From Planctomycetota bacterium (GTDB taxonomy: Bacteria > Planctomycetota > UBA8108 > SXIK01), in contig CBDCXR010000004.1 in assembly GCA_965223845.1 (NCBI GenBank), forward strand, positions 4,288,001 to 4,352,000: a stretch of 64,000 bases of DNA, given 5' to 3'. A program made the translations under genes and the position numbers. Below, piece after piece: positions 49,501 to 58,459 of this stretch; positions within the stretch are counted from its first letter, which is position 1; every line of letters begins with the position of its first letter. The notes beneath the pieces were generated by a model. The model worked only from the letters and a program-made list of their open reading frames with translations. It did not search any database and was not told the DNA's origin.

Positions 49501-50658
49501 GAACGCCGTGTTCCGCGAACCCGGGGTCGGAAACGGCGGGACGTCGCGCAGATCGTCTCCGTTCGGAAGGAACAGCATGACGTCGATCGAAAAATCGTTG
49601 CTGCGGAGCGACTGGTTGAATGCCTGGACGGCGATCGTGTTTTCGCCGCGCTTCAGGTACGCGCTCGGCGCGGGGAGGAGGATGTCCTGAAACTCGCGCG
49701 CCTCGAAGCTGAACGGTGCGGTGTCGTCGAAAGCGGGGTCGCCTTCGAAGCGAAACCGCGCGACTTCGACCCCGTTGATCCACACGACGCAGCCGTCGTC
49801 GACCCAAAGACCGGCCATCATGAACTCGGGCAACGACTCTCCGTCGAACTGAAACGTTCTGCGGAGGAATACGGAGCTGTAGTTGTTCCGCATGTCCTCG
49901 AGCAGCGTGTTGTCGTCATCGTCGTTGAATCCGATCGGGGTCTGACCCGTCTCCCAAGTGTCGTCCTCGACGAAGTCGGAGTTTCTCCACGCATCGACGG
50001 GATCGGATGCTTCCGAAGTTCCTTTCCGATATCTCCACTGACCGGCCGGTTCGAGGACGACACTGCGCTCGGTCGGCGCCGTGCTGAGGAACCCGGAGGC
50101 GCGCCAACTTCCTGCGAGATCGTTATCGAGCGACGGATGAATGAGCTCCATCGAGCTTCCGCGTCCACCGGAGTCGAGCGGCCACGGGAACTGAAGCTGA
50201 TAGTCGACCGTGTCCTCGATATCGCCGACCGCGTTTCGCAGAACGACGCGCTCGCCGTCGTTCTCGAGACGACCCTCGAACGGACCGGCGACGTTCGGCG
50301 CACCGAACAGCCGAACGATATGCTCCGGATCCTCGGCGACGACGAGATAGTCGCCGGGCGCGAGCGTCGTTCCTTCGTCGAAGACGAACCGAATCCCGCT
50401 CGAGAAGAACCAGCCCGAAAGGTCGACCGGCTCGTCGCCGGTGTTGTAGAGCTCGATGAACTCCTCGGGCGCGGTCTTGTCGATGGGCTCGTAGTGAATC
50501 TCGTTGATGACGATGTCGCCGCGGAGGGAGGCGCCCGCAAGACTGCCGGCGAACGCGACGACGAGCGCGAAACCGCGAACGCGAATCCGGTCTCCGCACG
50601 GGAACATTTCACTCACACCGTGGGAAGCACCACCTTCACCCATAGGTCTCTCGCTCAT
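46591..50658 (-). CDS. Lamin-tail domain + CotH-kinase-like secreted protein with C-terminal dockerin-like module
   Basis: LTD motifs IVINEIHY..EFIELYN and RITELMY..EFIEL. CotH-like GKRSMRFRF and LPWDSDASWG. C-terminal PGNIDQDG..SDAI...DIDGSG..ADAL..YLF. Start uncertain (50658, 50643 or 50607). Confidence 0.85.
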   Translation of the reverse strand: MSERPMGEGGASHGVSEMFPCGDRIRVRGFALVVAFAGSLAGASLRGDIVINEIHYEPIDKTAPEEFIELYNTGDEPVDLSGWFFSSGIRFVFDEGTTLAPGDYLVVAEDPEHIVRLFGAPNVAGPFEGRLENDGERVVLRNAVGDIEDTVDYQLQFPWPLDSGGRGSSMELIHPSLDNDLAGSWRASGFLSTAPTERSVVLEPAGQWRYRKGTSEASDPVDAWRNSDFVEDDTWETGQTPIGFNDDDDNTLLEDMRNNYSSVFLRRTFQFDGESLPEFMMAGLWVDDGCVVWINGVEVARFRFEGDPAFDDTAPFSFEAREFQDILLPAPSAYLKRGENTIAVQAFNQSLRSNDFSIDVMLFLPNGDDLRDVPPFPTPGSRNTAFAETAPPQIRQVDHSPQQPAEDEPISISAKVTDSDGVGSVELLYQIVLPGEFIPAFLPLPHAQLMANGDQPNPPNPAFEDPENWTTVTMLDDGGEGDELAGDSTYSAQIPAQSHRTLVRYRIRATDALGSSVRVPFPDDTSLNFACFVYNGVPEYVADHQSVHPDGPGHVYPAEVMTAIPVHHVITRAEEMTHCVSYSGSTQIPKSNERARDKFNWECAFVYDGVVYDHVRYRLRQANDRYGGSGKRSMRFRFNKGHYFAPRDQYGQRYESKWRTLNTGKGFDNKDVGNFGLTEAMNANLWNLVGVPAPWFYTYHMRVIDDAEEVPERSGQYLGDFWGFFSGIEDYSPQFLDEHDLEDGNLYKLKDGVFNGNDLRRNQGRNAVTTDADFQNIRRSLRPERDDEWLHQHVNYDRAYYYHAVIEGIRHYDFVPADSHSKNRAWYFEPHEGSEFGRLWTLPWDSDASWGPNWNSGIDYTLNAITARGGKLPFLIEYRNALRDFVDLVWKKDVIEPMIDDLAEFIIEFSSADRDRWRTGPSQAGRQDFGPIERKIVDMKRFAFVGWSGGSGPTVPAGGRERHLENLANSGRDRDNIPATPEVASQSPEGFPIDQLSFSVSEFSDPNEEDEFGGIHWRIGEVSPPDTPLDRERPRPYEFPAVWQTESAALLNPVTIPSTELEPGRTYRVRARMKDSTGRFSHWSAPIEFVAGEPTGPSAPELALRITELMYNPEGDEDYEFIELQNISGAAIELAGVEFADGIDFEFSGGEIPTLDAGAYVVVVRNRTVFEKRYGTDVPIAGEYSGRLSNGGESVLLRFGRASTVIEFVYSDTWIASTDGGGRSLVIRDPSLDPATWNDPASWVESAQRHGSPGRAEGEVESGLQRPGNIDQDGILSVSDAIAILRILFHGVSAPCGSGDASEPANQIVLDIDGSGGANVADALALVQYLFRRGDAPALGRECVPIEGCPDACVR

Positions 50659-50788
50659 CTCGTGGCCGATCCTTCCGTCCCTGTCCGTCGATCCTCTACC
50701 GTCCGAAGATGGAATTCTCCGGGCGGCGGAATGGTGGGTCAAGCTCGATAGCGCAGCGGACGGACGTTCGGCGAGTCGAATCGCCGAA

Positions 50789-52582
50789 TCAAGGCCCACC
50801 GACGACGGTAAACTGCGCCGCGGAATCCTCCGCGCGGACGAGCTCGACGCGAAGCTCAGCACTCGGTCGCTTCGACCGGAGCACACGAACGACGAGCGAA
50901 CGCTTCCCTTCGGCGAGCTCCACGCTCCACTCCCCCGATGCGTCGATCGGTTCGCCGTCGAGCCAGAAGGCGAGCCCGTCCGAGGAATCGACGCGAAGCT
51001 CGACCTTGCCCCCGATCACAACGTTCACCTCCGCCCGGAGGAAGAGCGTCGAGTCCGCCTCCGAGATCTCGTCGAGAGGGAGCGCGCCGGCAACGCGCCC
51101 GTACGCACGCTTCCACGCGGACGAGTCGGCACCGAAGACGATCGTCTTCAGCGCTTCGCCATCGGGCGGCGTCGCCGCGAGACGGGGATCGTCCGCCCGC
51201 AGCGCGCTCCAGCGCTGAACCGTCTCCGTCGAGCGCACGGCGTATTCGCCGTCCTTCCCGAGTCGCGAGAGAAACGCGACGAGATCGACGAATTCATCCC
51301 GCGCCAAGAAACGCGTGAGCCCGCTCGGCATCAGCGTTCCCGATTCGTCTTCGTCGATCACGTCGTCGGCCGGAATCGTCTGCCGCTCCCCCGCGCCGTT
51401 CTTCAGGATGATCGCGTCGTCGCTCCGATCGACGACGATTCCGCTGACGACCCCGCCGTCAGCCGTCACGAGGTTCACGACGCGATATTCCTCTTTCACT
51501 GCCTGCTCGGGAGCGAGGATCGATTGAATCAGATACTCGACCGGCGAGCTGCCGCCCACCGCACTCAGGTCGGGGCCGATGTCGCCGCCCGCCTTGCTGA
51601 CGGCGTGGCACGCCATGCAGCCGAGGTCGCTCCGGCGAAAGATCACTTCGCCGCGCGCCGGATTGCCGCGCGCGATGACGTCGGCTTCGATGCGCTTCGC
51701 TTCCTCGGGAGAAATCTCCGCGGCCATCCCTTCGATTCCGGCCGCGGCCGCCAGGGACTCGACGAGCGCGGGATCGCTCCGACCGGAACTGACGACGGCG
51801 CCGAGCGCCCGCCTCGCTACGGCACGCGAGAGATTCTTGCCCGCGAGCGCGGACGCGAGCCGGTCTGATCCGCCCGACGCATGGAGAAATGCGCGAACGA
51901 GCCGCGTCGGATCGGCACCCTCCGGGCTCGATGCGAGCGCGTCGGCGGCGAACGCGGCCGCGCGCTCGAGATCGACGCCGACCATGGCCGCCGCACCGAG
52001 GAATCGGTCTTCCGGTGATCGATCCTTGTCGGCGAGCGCGGCGGCGATCTTCGCGGCCGACTCCCCACCGATCGCGACCAGACTGTCGAGCGCAGCACGG
52101 CGCAGCTCGAGCTTCGCCGTTCGGTCGAGGCTGAGTGCACCGAGCGGCTCCGCGAGAGTTTCGACTCTCCAGAGCCCCGCGAGCTTCGCGACGACGAGTC
52201 GCGTGGCGTCGTCGTTCGTCGAGGCTAAGAGGGCGCTGATTCTCCCGAGATCCCCCTTCGGCCGTACTTTTCGCTCTCGGGCAGCGGTTTCGAGACCGCG
52301 GAGGGCCGCCAGCAAGACCGTTCCGGTGTAGCCTTTCTCCGAAAGTGCCGTGTCGAAGACGTACGTCAGGTCTGACGCGTTGCCGCGCTGGCAGACCATG
52401 CCGACCACGGTGCCAACGCGACCGGGAGGAATTCGACCGCTCTTGAGGAGACGAAGGTAGGACCCGACGGCGCTCTCTTCTTCTTCGGTCACCGGCTCGA
52501 CCGGAGCCGCGAACGCGTTCGAACCGAAGCCGGATGCGAGAATCGCCACCAGAGCGAATGTTGCTCGAAGAGTTCCCCTCAC
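50789..52582 (-). CDS. HEAT-repeat + TIGR02603-type heme-binding (CxxCH) protein
   Basis: GNPARGEVIF, CMACH, IGPDLSAVG, SILAP and TLMPSGL...DLVAFL; signal peptide. Confidence 0.88.
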   Translation of the reverse strand: MRGTLRATFALVAILASGFGSNAFAAPVEPVTEEEESAVGSYLRLLKSGRIPPGRVGTVVGMVCQRGNASDLTYVFDTALSEKGYTGTVLLAALRGLETAARERKVRPKGDLGRISALLASTNDDATRLVVAKLAGLWRVETLAEPLGALSLDRTAKLELRRAALDSLVAIGGESAAKIAAALADKDRSPEDRFLGAAAMVGVDLERAAAFAADALASSPEGADPTRLVRAFLHASGGSDRLASALAGKNLSRAVARRALGAVVSSGRSDPALVESLAAAAGIEGMAAEISPEEAKRIEADVIARGNPARGEVIFRRSDLGCMACHAVSKAGGDIGPDLSAVGGSSPVEYLIQSILAPEQAVKEEYRVVNLVTADGGVVSGIVVDRSDDAIILKNGAGERQTIPADDVIDEDESGTLMPSGLTRFLARDEFVDLVAFLSRLGKDGEYAVRSTETVQRWSALRADDPRLAATPPDGEALKTIVFGADSSAWKRAYGRVAGALPLDEISEADSTLFLRAEVNVVIGGKVELRVDSSDGLAFWLDGEPIDASGEWSVELAEGKRSLVVRVLRSKRPSAELRVELVRAEDSAAQFTVVGGP

Positions 52583-52586
52583 CGCT

Positions 52587-55199
52587 TCAATCTCCTTTGG
52601 CGTTCTTCGCGGCTTCGATCCTCCGCTCGAGAGTCTTCGTCGTCTCTTCGAGCGTGTACTTCAGGTAATCGTCCTGCGCATGGATGAGCGACTCGGTGGC
52701 GATATCGAGCGCGCGCGTTTCGTGAAAGAAGCTGAGCGCGCGGATCGCCTCGAGGCGCACGCGGGGATGTTCGTCATTCACCTGTGCCTGAAGGAGCCTC
52801 AGCGGATCGTCGACGCGGTCGCGCCAGTAGCAAAGAACGCGCGTCGCCGCCGCGCGGGCTCGGTAGTCGGGCGACCGTAGGAGCTTGCCGAGAAGATTCG
52901 TGTCGAAGACGTCGTGGTGCTGCTTCACCCAGAGAGCCTCGAGAAGGTGGTGCTGGTGCTCGGCGTCCTTCTCGTCGAGTTCCGCGATCCACTTCTTGAT
53001 CGCCGCCATGACCTTCTGCGTGCCGCGGACGCGGAGCTCGCGCCGGACGCGATAGCGCAGCCGGTCGTTGTAGTCCTTGAGGAGATCGAGGAGCTCGACA
53101 ATCGACTTCTTCGTCAGGTCGACCGGCTTGTCGAGCGGATTCTTCGTGTAGGTGATGCGCCAGATGCGACCGTGCGTGTGGTCGCGATTCGGGTCGCGCA
53201 GCGAGTGCTGCATATGCCCGACGAGCGGGTTGTACCAGTCGACGATGTAGAGCGCGCCGTCCGGACCGAACTGGAGATCGACCGGACGAAAATTGCGATC
53301 GGACGAACGAAGGAGCGGCTCGACCGGCTCGGCGAAGAAACCGGAGCCTTCGTCCTTCATGCGGTACTGAAGGACGCCGTGAAATCCGATGCAGTTATTG
53401 AGGAGATAATTCCCCTGCGCCTCTTCGGGAAAGTGGCGCGTCGCGACGATCTCGCAGCCCGCCGTCGGGCGCCACTGCTTCTTGAGGAACTGCTTGAGCC
53501 CGCGGTGTTTTTGCGGGTAATCGACCTGCCCCGAGAACGCCGTACCGTAGTAGTTCGCGCCACCCGAGGCGTCGGCGACGAAGTTCTGGCCCCAGCGGTC
53601 GAATACGTGTCCCCAGGGATTGGCGAAGCGATACGAAACAAAGACCTCGAACTTCTCGGTGAGCGGCTCGTAGCGGAACACTCCGGCATCGGCGAGTCGC
53701 TGCGGACCGTAGGGAGTCTCGACCTGCGTGCGGTGGAAGGTCCCCTCTTGGAAGTAGAGTGCACCGCCCGGGCCCCAAGTGAACGCACTGATGGAATGAT
53801 GTGAGTCCGCTGAGTCAAAGCCGTGGAGAATCCGCGTTCGCACGTCGGCGATGCCGTCGCCATCCGTGTCCTTGAGGAAGAGGACGTCCGGCTGCTGCGC
53901 GACGTAGACGCCGCCGTCGCCGAGCTCGATCCCGGTCGGGATGTGGAGCCCGTCCGCAAATACCGTCTGCTTGTCGGCGCGGCCGTCGCCGTCGAGATCC
54001 TCGAAGATGAGAACTTTGTCATCGACCGGTCTGCCCGGGAGGTACATCGGGTACGACGCCATTGTGCAGACGAAGAGACGGCCGCGCGCGTCGAACGCGA
54101 ACTGAACCGGATTCTCGAGATCGGGAAACTCGATCTCGGAGGCGAAGAGCTCGATCTTATAGCCCTCAGGAAGCGTGAATTTCTTCAGAGCCTCCTCGGG
54201 CGGTGAGTCCTCCACCTCGAACTTGATGTTTGTCTTGATCTCGACGAAGTCGCCCGTCTTCGAGTCGTCGATCGTCGCGGGGAGATCCTCGCCGCGTGCA
54301 GCCGCCCATACCCTCCGGTCGCGGTTCTCCACCATGCGGCGGAGCTTCTCGAACTCCTTCGGGAAGTTGACGACCCCGAACGGCTTCTTTCGTCCGCCGT
54401 AGATGTAAAAGCCGTTCGTCGCGCGGTAGTCGTACCAGAACTGGAGATTCTTCTCGAGAATCTCCGCTCGGAGCCGCTCGAGGTCGGTCGCCTCGTTCGC
54501 CGGGCGATCGCCGAAAAGCGCTCGGTCGAGAACCGGAGCGAGGGCTCGGTACCCGGCGTCGTTCAGGTGAATGCCGTTGATGCTCAGCGGCTCCGGCGCC
54601 TCGCGCATCACAGTCTTCGTCGGCGTGAAGAGGTCGACGAAGGGCACGTCGTGCTCCCCCGCAACCTTTTTCATCGCCTCGGTGTAGAGCGCGATGTTGG
54701 CGTTGTTCTTCTCCCCGTCGGGAAGCGTTCGCCGGCCGAGGTTCTCGTGTGCGATCGGAGAGAGGAGAACGAGTCTCGCCGCCGATTCGCCGCCAAACTT
54801 CGCCGCCTTCGTTTCGGAGACGTACTTCGCGAGATCCGCGGAGAACTTTGCGAGTCCCGCTTTCCCCGCGAAAGATTCGTTGAATCCGAAGCAGGCGAGA
54901 ATCACGTCGGGCCGGTGATCCTCGAGGTTGTGTCCGTGATCTTGAAAGTCCTTCGAGCGCGGGCGGAGGGTCAGCTCGTCGGCGGACCAGCCCAAGTTCC
55001 GAACGACGAGGTCGTGGTTCGGAAATCGGCTGTGGAGAAGCGTTTCGAAATGGCCGAAGTGCTGCATTCGCTCGGCGAGAGTGTTCCCGACGATGACGAT
55101 GCGATCACCCTTTTCGAGCTTGAGAAGAGCGTCGGCAGCCGCGCTCGGCAGACAGCAAAAGGAGACTAGGGCAAACAGAATCGGGGCGAGGAATCGCAT
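52587..55199 (-). CDS. SGNH/GDSL-like domain + TIGR02604-type membrane-bound dehydrogenase-like propeller + HEAT repeats
   Basis: IVGNTLAER, RNLGWS, FGFNE and NGIHLN (SGNH). FTLPEGYKIELFASE, FDARGRL, NPWG, FRPVDLQFGPDGALY and HGRIWRI. Confidence 0.9.
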   Translation of the reverse strand: MRFLAPILFALVSFCCLPSAAADALLKLEKGDRIVIVGNTLAERMQHFGHFETLLHSRFPNHDLVVRNLGWSADELTLRPRSKDFQDHGHNLEDHRPDVILACFGFNESFAGKAGLAKFSADLAKYVSETKAAKFGGESAARLVLLSPIAHENLGRRTLPDGEKNNANIALYTEAMKKVAGEHDVPFVDLFTPTKTVMREAPEPLSINGIHLNDAGYRALAPVLDRALFGDRPANEATDLERLRAEILEKNLQFWYDYRATNGFYIYGGRKKPFGVVNFPKEFEKLRRMVENRDRRVWAAARGEDLPATIDDSKTGDFVEIKTNIKFEVEDSPPEEALKKFTLPEGYKIELFASEIEFPDLENPVQFAFDARGRLFVCTMASYPMYLPGRPVDDKVLIFEDLDGDGRADKQTVFADGLHIPTGIELGDGGVYVAQQPDVLFLKDTDGDGIADVRTRILHGFDSADSHHSISAFTWGPGGALYFQEGTFHRTQVETPYGPQRLADAGVFRYEPLTEKFEVFVSYRFANPWGHVFDRWGQNFVADASGGANYYGTAFSGQVDYPQKHRGLKQFLKKQWRPTAGCEIVATRHFPEEAQGNYLLNNCIGFHGVLQYRMKDEGSGFFAEPVEPLLRSSDRNFRPVDLQFGPDGALYIVDWYNPLVGHMQHSLRDPNRDHTHGRIWRITYTKNPLDKPVDLTKKSIVELLDLLKDYNDRLRYRVRRELRVRGTQKVMAAIKKWIAELDEKDAEHQHHLLEALWVKQHHDVFDTNLLGKLLRSPDYRARAAATRVLCYWRDRVDDPLRLLQAQVNDEHPRVRLEAIRALSFFHETRALDIATESLIHAQDDYLKYTLEETTKTLERRIEAAKNAKGD

Positions 55200-55404
55200 G
55201 CGATCTTCTCTCTGAGGGCGGGAGGAATCCGAGTGGACGACCCCGGACGGAAGTGGAGACAGGCCCCGATTATTCCCTGCTCGCGCCCCGAGGACAAGGA
55301 ACGGCGAGCGGTTGATCGGGGGATGTTTCCGCGCTTCGGCGCGCGCGCCGTCCCGCACGTTGGACGAGGGAACGAGATCGGTTCTTCAGTCGGGCCCGGG
55401 GCCT

Positions 55405-56991
55405 CTATCCCGGAGCTGCACTCTCTAGCAGCAGTCCGCAAAGCCACGCGGCATAGGTGCCGAGGGCGTAGCCGACGACGGCCAGAAGGACACCTACGGG
55501 AGCGAGTGAAGGGTGAAACGCGCTCGCAACGACCGGAGCGGATGCCGCTCCGCCGATGTTCGCCTGGCTGCCGACGGCCATGAGAAAGACCGGTGCACGG
55601 ATCAGCCGAGCGACGACGATCATCAGCGCGGCGTGGAGGCACATCCATGCGCCGCCGACCGCAAAGAGCCATCGATATCGCGGGTCAGCGATGGCGAGGA
55701 TGTCCATGTTCATTCCGATCGTCCCGACCAGCACGTAGATGAAGACGGATCCGAGTCGCGAAGCGCCGGTCCCCTCGAGCCTTCGCGCGCGGGTGAACGA
55801 AAGCCCGAGGCCGATCGTCGTCGCGGTGACGACGATCCAAAAGAAGGAGCTCGTGAGACTGAGCCTCGCCAGCCCGGGCGCGTTCGTTTCGATCCAAGGA
55901 ACGATGAAGTCCGCCGCGAGATGCGCGATTCCCGTCGCTCCGAATCCGACCGCGAGGAGAATCATTGAATCGGCGAGCCGCGGAATCTTCATAACGCTCT
56001 TCTGGAACTCCACAACTTGATCGCGGAGGCGAACGATTGCCGACGCGTCCGCCCCGTTGAAACGATCGATCGCCTCCGACCGAGCTGCCATGATGAGGAG
56101 ACAGCCCATCCAGACGTTCGCGATGAGGACGTCCACGGCGATCAAGACGGAAAACACGTCGTCTCCGACGTTGAAGATCTCCTTCATCGCCGCCTGATTC
56201 GCCCCCCCGCCGATCCAGCTCCCGGCGACCGTGGTCATGCCTCGCCAGACGCCCTCGTCGACGGCTTCGGGGTGGATCATGCCGAAGGCGAAAAGTACGA
56301 GCGGTCCACCGGCCACGACGCCGAGCGTCCCAGTGAGAAACATGACGATCGCCTTCGGTCCGAGCGACAGAACGCCGGCAAAGTCCGTGCTCAGCGTCAA
56401 GAAGACGAGGCTCGTCGGCAGCAGATACCGGGACGCGACGAAATAGAGGTTCGACTCCTCGGGATCGACGATGTGGAAGACGCGGAGGAGCGACGGGAGA
56501 AAGTAGCAGAGGAGTAGGCCCGGAATGAATGAGTAGAACTTCCGCCAGAACCGATGTTCGCTCGCCATCGTCCAGAAGACGACGCCGAGAATGGCGAGGA
56601 GAAACCCGAGGGCGACAGAGTCGTTTTGGGTGAGGAAGACGGCCGTTTCCTCCGAGGCTTCGGTCGATTCGACTCCCTCAGCGGCGCGAACGAGCGTTGG
56701 GACGAGAGTGGCGACGAGGAGTGCGATTCCTCGCGTGAGTCGAATGGCCGATGAGACGAGCCGAGAGCTCGAGTGAGTTCGAGACGAACTCGACGTTTTC
56801 GGCGCGGGTCTCGTTCCCGTTTCCGTTCGGTCGTACGGGAGGAACTCTGGCCGCACGTCCGCCGAAGGACTGCGCCGGACGGGACGGAGAAGCTGGAGAA
56901 GATGGAGAAGATGGAGAAGAAAGAGAAGCTTGTCGGGAAGGGGAGCGGGAACGGGGGACGAGTCGTGGCGGACTAGGTGTTTCAAGATCAA
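55405..56991 (-). CDS. DUF819 family membrane protein (true start probably downstream of 56991)
   Basis: LYFVASRYLLP, GSWIGGGANQ.AMKE, GSQANIGGAASAPVVA and LGTY motifs; multiple TM helices. Confidence 0.88.
   Translation of the reverse strand: MILKHLVRHDSSPVPAPLPDKLLFLLHLLHLLQLLRPVRRSPSADVRPEFLPYDRTETGTRPAPKTSSSSRTHSSSRLVSSAIRLTRGIALLVATLVPTLVRAAEGVESTEASEETAVFLTQNDSVALGFLLAILGVVFWTMASEHRFWRKFYSFIPGLLLCYFLPSLLRVFHIVDPEESNLYFVASRYLLPTSLVFLTLSTDFAGVLSLGPKAIVMFLTGTLGVVAGGPLVLFAFGMIHPEAVDEGVWRGMTTVAGSWIGGGANQAAMKEIFNVGDDVFSVLIAVDVLIANVWMGCLLIMAARSEAIDRFNGADASAIVRLRDQVVEFQKSVMKIPRLADSMILLAVGFGATGIAHLAADFIVPWIETNAPGLARLSLTSSFFWIVVTATTIGLGLSFTRARRLEGTGASRLGSVFIYVLVGTIGMNMDILAIADPRYRWLFAVGGAWMCLHAALMIVVARLIRAPVFLMAVGSQANIGGAASAPVVASAFHPSLAPVGVLLAVVGYALGTYAAWLCGLLLESAAPG
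56886..56930. repeat. Five imperfect tandem copies of a 9-bp unit
   Basis: GGAGAAGCT GGAGAAGAT GGAGAAGAT GGAGAAGAA AGAGAAGCT. Confidence 0.75.
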
Positions 56992-58451
56992 CCTAGAATG
57001 TCATGCACGACATTCCCGTACACGTCCGTCAGACGGAAATCCCGGCCGGCGTAACGGTAGGTGAGCCGCTCGTGATCCACACCGAGGATGTGGAGGATCG
57101 TCGCGTGGAGGTCGTGCATGTGCACTTTATTCTCGATCGCCTGGAAGCCCCACTCGTCCGTCGCGCCGTAGGTGTAGCCCGCCTTGACTCCCCCACCCGC
57201 GAGCCAGAGCGTGAATCCCTTCGGGTTGTGATCGCGACCCGTACCGCGCTTCTCCGCAAACGGCGTCCGCCCGAACTCCGCGCCCCACCAGACGAGCGTG
57301 TCTTCGAGGAGACCGCGCGATTTGAGATCGGCGAGGAGGCCCGCGACCGGCTTGTCCGTCGCGCGCGCGTGGATCGCGTGGCGCTCGAGGTTCGAGTGCT
57401 GGTCCCACCGCGGGTTGTTCGAGTTGTCGGAGTAGTTGACCTGAATATAACGAACTCCCGCCTCGGCGAAGCGCCGCGCTTGAAGGCACATGCGGCCGTA
57501 CTCTTCCGTCTTCGGATCGTCGACGCCGTAGAGCGAAAGCGTCGCCTTGCTCTCGCCGGATAGATCCATGAGCTCAGGCGCCTCGGTCTGCATGCGGAAG
57601 GCGAGCTCGAACGAGTTGAGCACGCCGCCGAGCGCGGCATCGCGTTCTGAAGCCTCGAACTGGTCGCGATTGAGACCGCGGAGCAGCTCGAACCGCCGCC
57701 GGCGTTCGTCCGCGGAAATCCGATCAGTCGTGAGGTGCGGGATTCCCGCCTCGCGCGACGGTACGCCGACGCGCCCGATCTTCGTTCCTTGGTAGGACGC
57801 CGGGAGGAACGCGCTCGCGTAGTTCCGCGGACCACCCATGCGCGCCGACGGACTGATCGAGATGAAACCGGGGAGGCTGTCGTTCTCCGTCCCGAGTCCG
57901 TAGGTGATCCACGAACCGATCGACGGTCGGATGAGACTCGTCGCGCCGGTGTGGAGAAAGAGCGTCGCCGGGCCGTGGGCGACGCCTTCGGTGTGCATGC
58001 TTCGAATGATGCAGAGATCGTCGACGTGCTCGGCGATGCGCGGGAAGAGCTCGGAGACCGGCTGACCGCGTTCGCCGTAGCGCTCGAACGACCACGGCGA
58101 ACGAAGGAGCTTCTGCTGGCTCACCTCGCGATGACGCGGAACGTAGAACGGAACGTCCTCGCCGCCGCGCTTCTGAAGGAGCGGCTTCGGGTCGAACGTG
58201 TCGACCTGGCTCGGCCCGCCTTGCATGAAGAGGAAGATCACGCGCTTAGCGCGCGGTGCGAGATGCGTCGTACTAGCGGCGAGCGGTCCCGCCGAACGCG
58301 CCGTTCTCTCGCCAGCGCACGCCGACTCGGCCGCGAGCGCCGAGAACGCGAGCGAGCCGAAGCCGCAAGAAATCTGTGTGAGCGCACGTCGGCGATCGAT
58401 CGCGCGATCGGGGGAACGCATCGTCTCGTCGTTCGAGCTCGTCGTCTGCAT
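56988..58451 (-). CDS. DUF1501 family Tat protein
   Basis: DRRRAL signal; AKRVIFLFMQGGPSQVDTFDPKP, WDQH, EFGRTP, GRDHNP and DLHATILH. Alternative ATG 58421. Confidence 0.94.
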   Translation of the reverse strand: MQTTSSNDETMRSPDRAIDRRRALTQISCGFGSLAFSALAAESACAGERTARSAGPLAASTTHLAPRAKRVIFLFMQGGPSQVDTFDPKPLLQKRGGEDVPFYVPRHREVSQQKLLRSPWSFERYGERGQPVSELFPRIAEHVDDLCIIRSMHTEGVAHGPATLFLHTGATSLIRPSIGSWITYGLGTENDSLPGFISISPSARMGGPRNYASAFLPASYQGTKIGRVGVPSREAGIPHLTTDRISADERRRRFELLRGLNRDQFEASERDAALGGVLNSFELAFRMQTEAPELMDLSGESKATLSLYGVDDPKTEEYGRMCLQARRFAEAGVRYIQVNYSDNSNNPRWDQHSNLERHAIHARATDKPVAGLLADLKSRGLLEDTLVWWGAEFGRTPFAEKRGTGRDHNPKGFTLWLAGGGVKAGYTYGATDEWGFQAIENKVHMHDLHATILHILGVDHERLTYRYAGRDFRLTDVYGNVVHDILG

Positions 58452-58459
58452 GGGCGGGC

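Noticed and set aside
47770-50751. 993-aa plus-strand ORF
   Set aside because: Antisense shadow of the LTD-CotH gene. It has no motifs and is a typical high-GC artefact.
56886-56930. CRISPR array
   Set aside because: 9-bp units without spacers; no cas genes recognised anywhere in the window.
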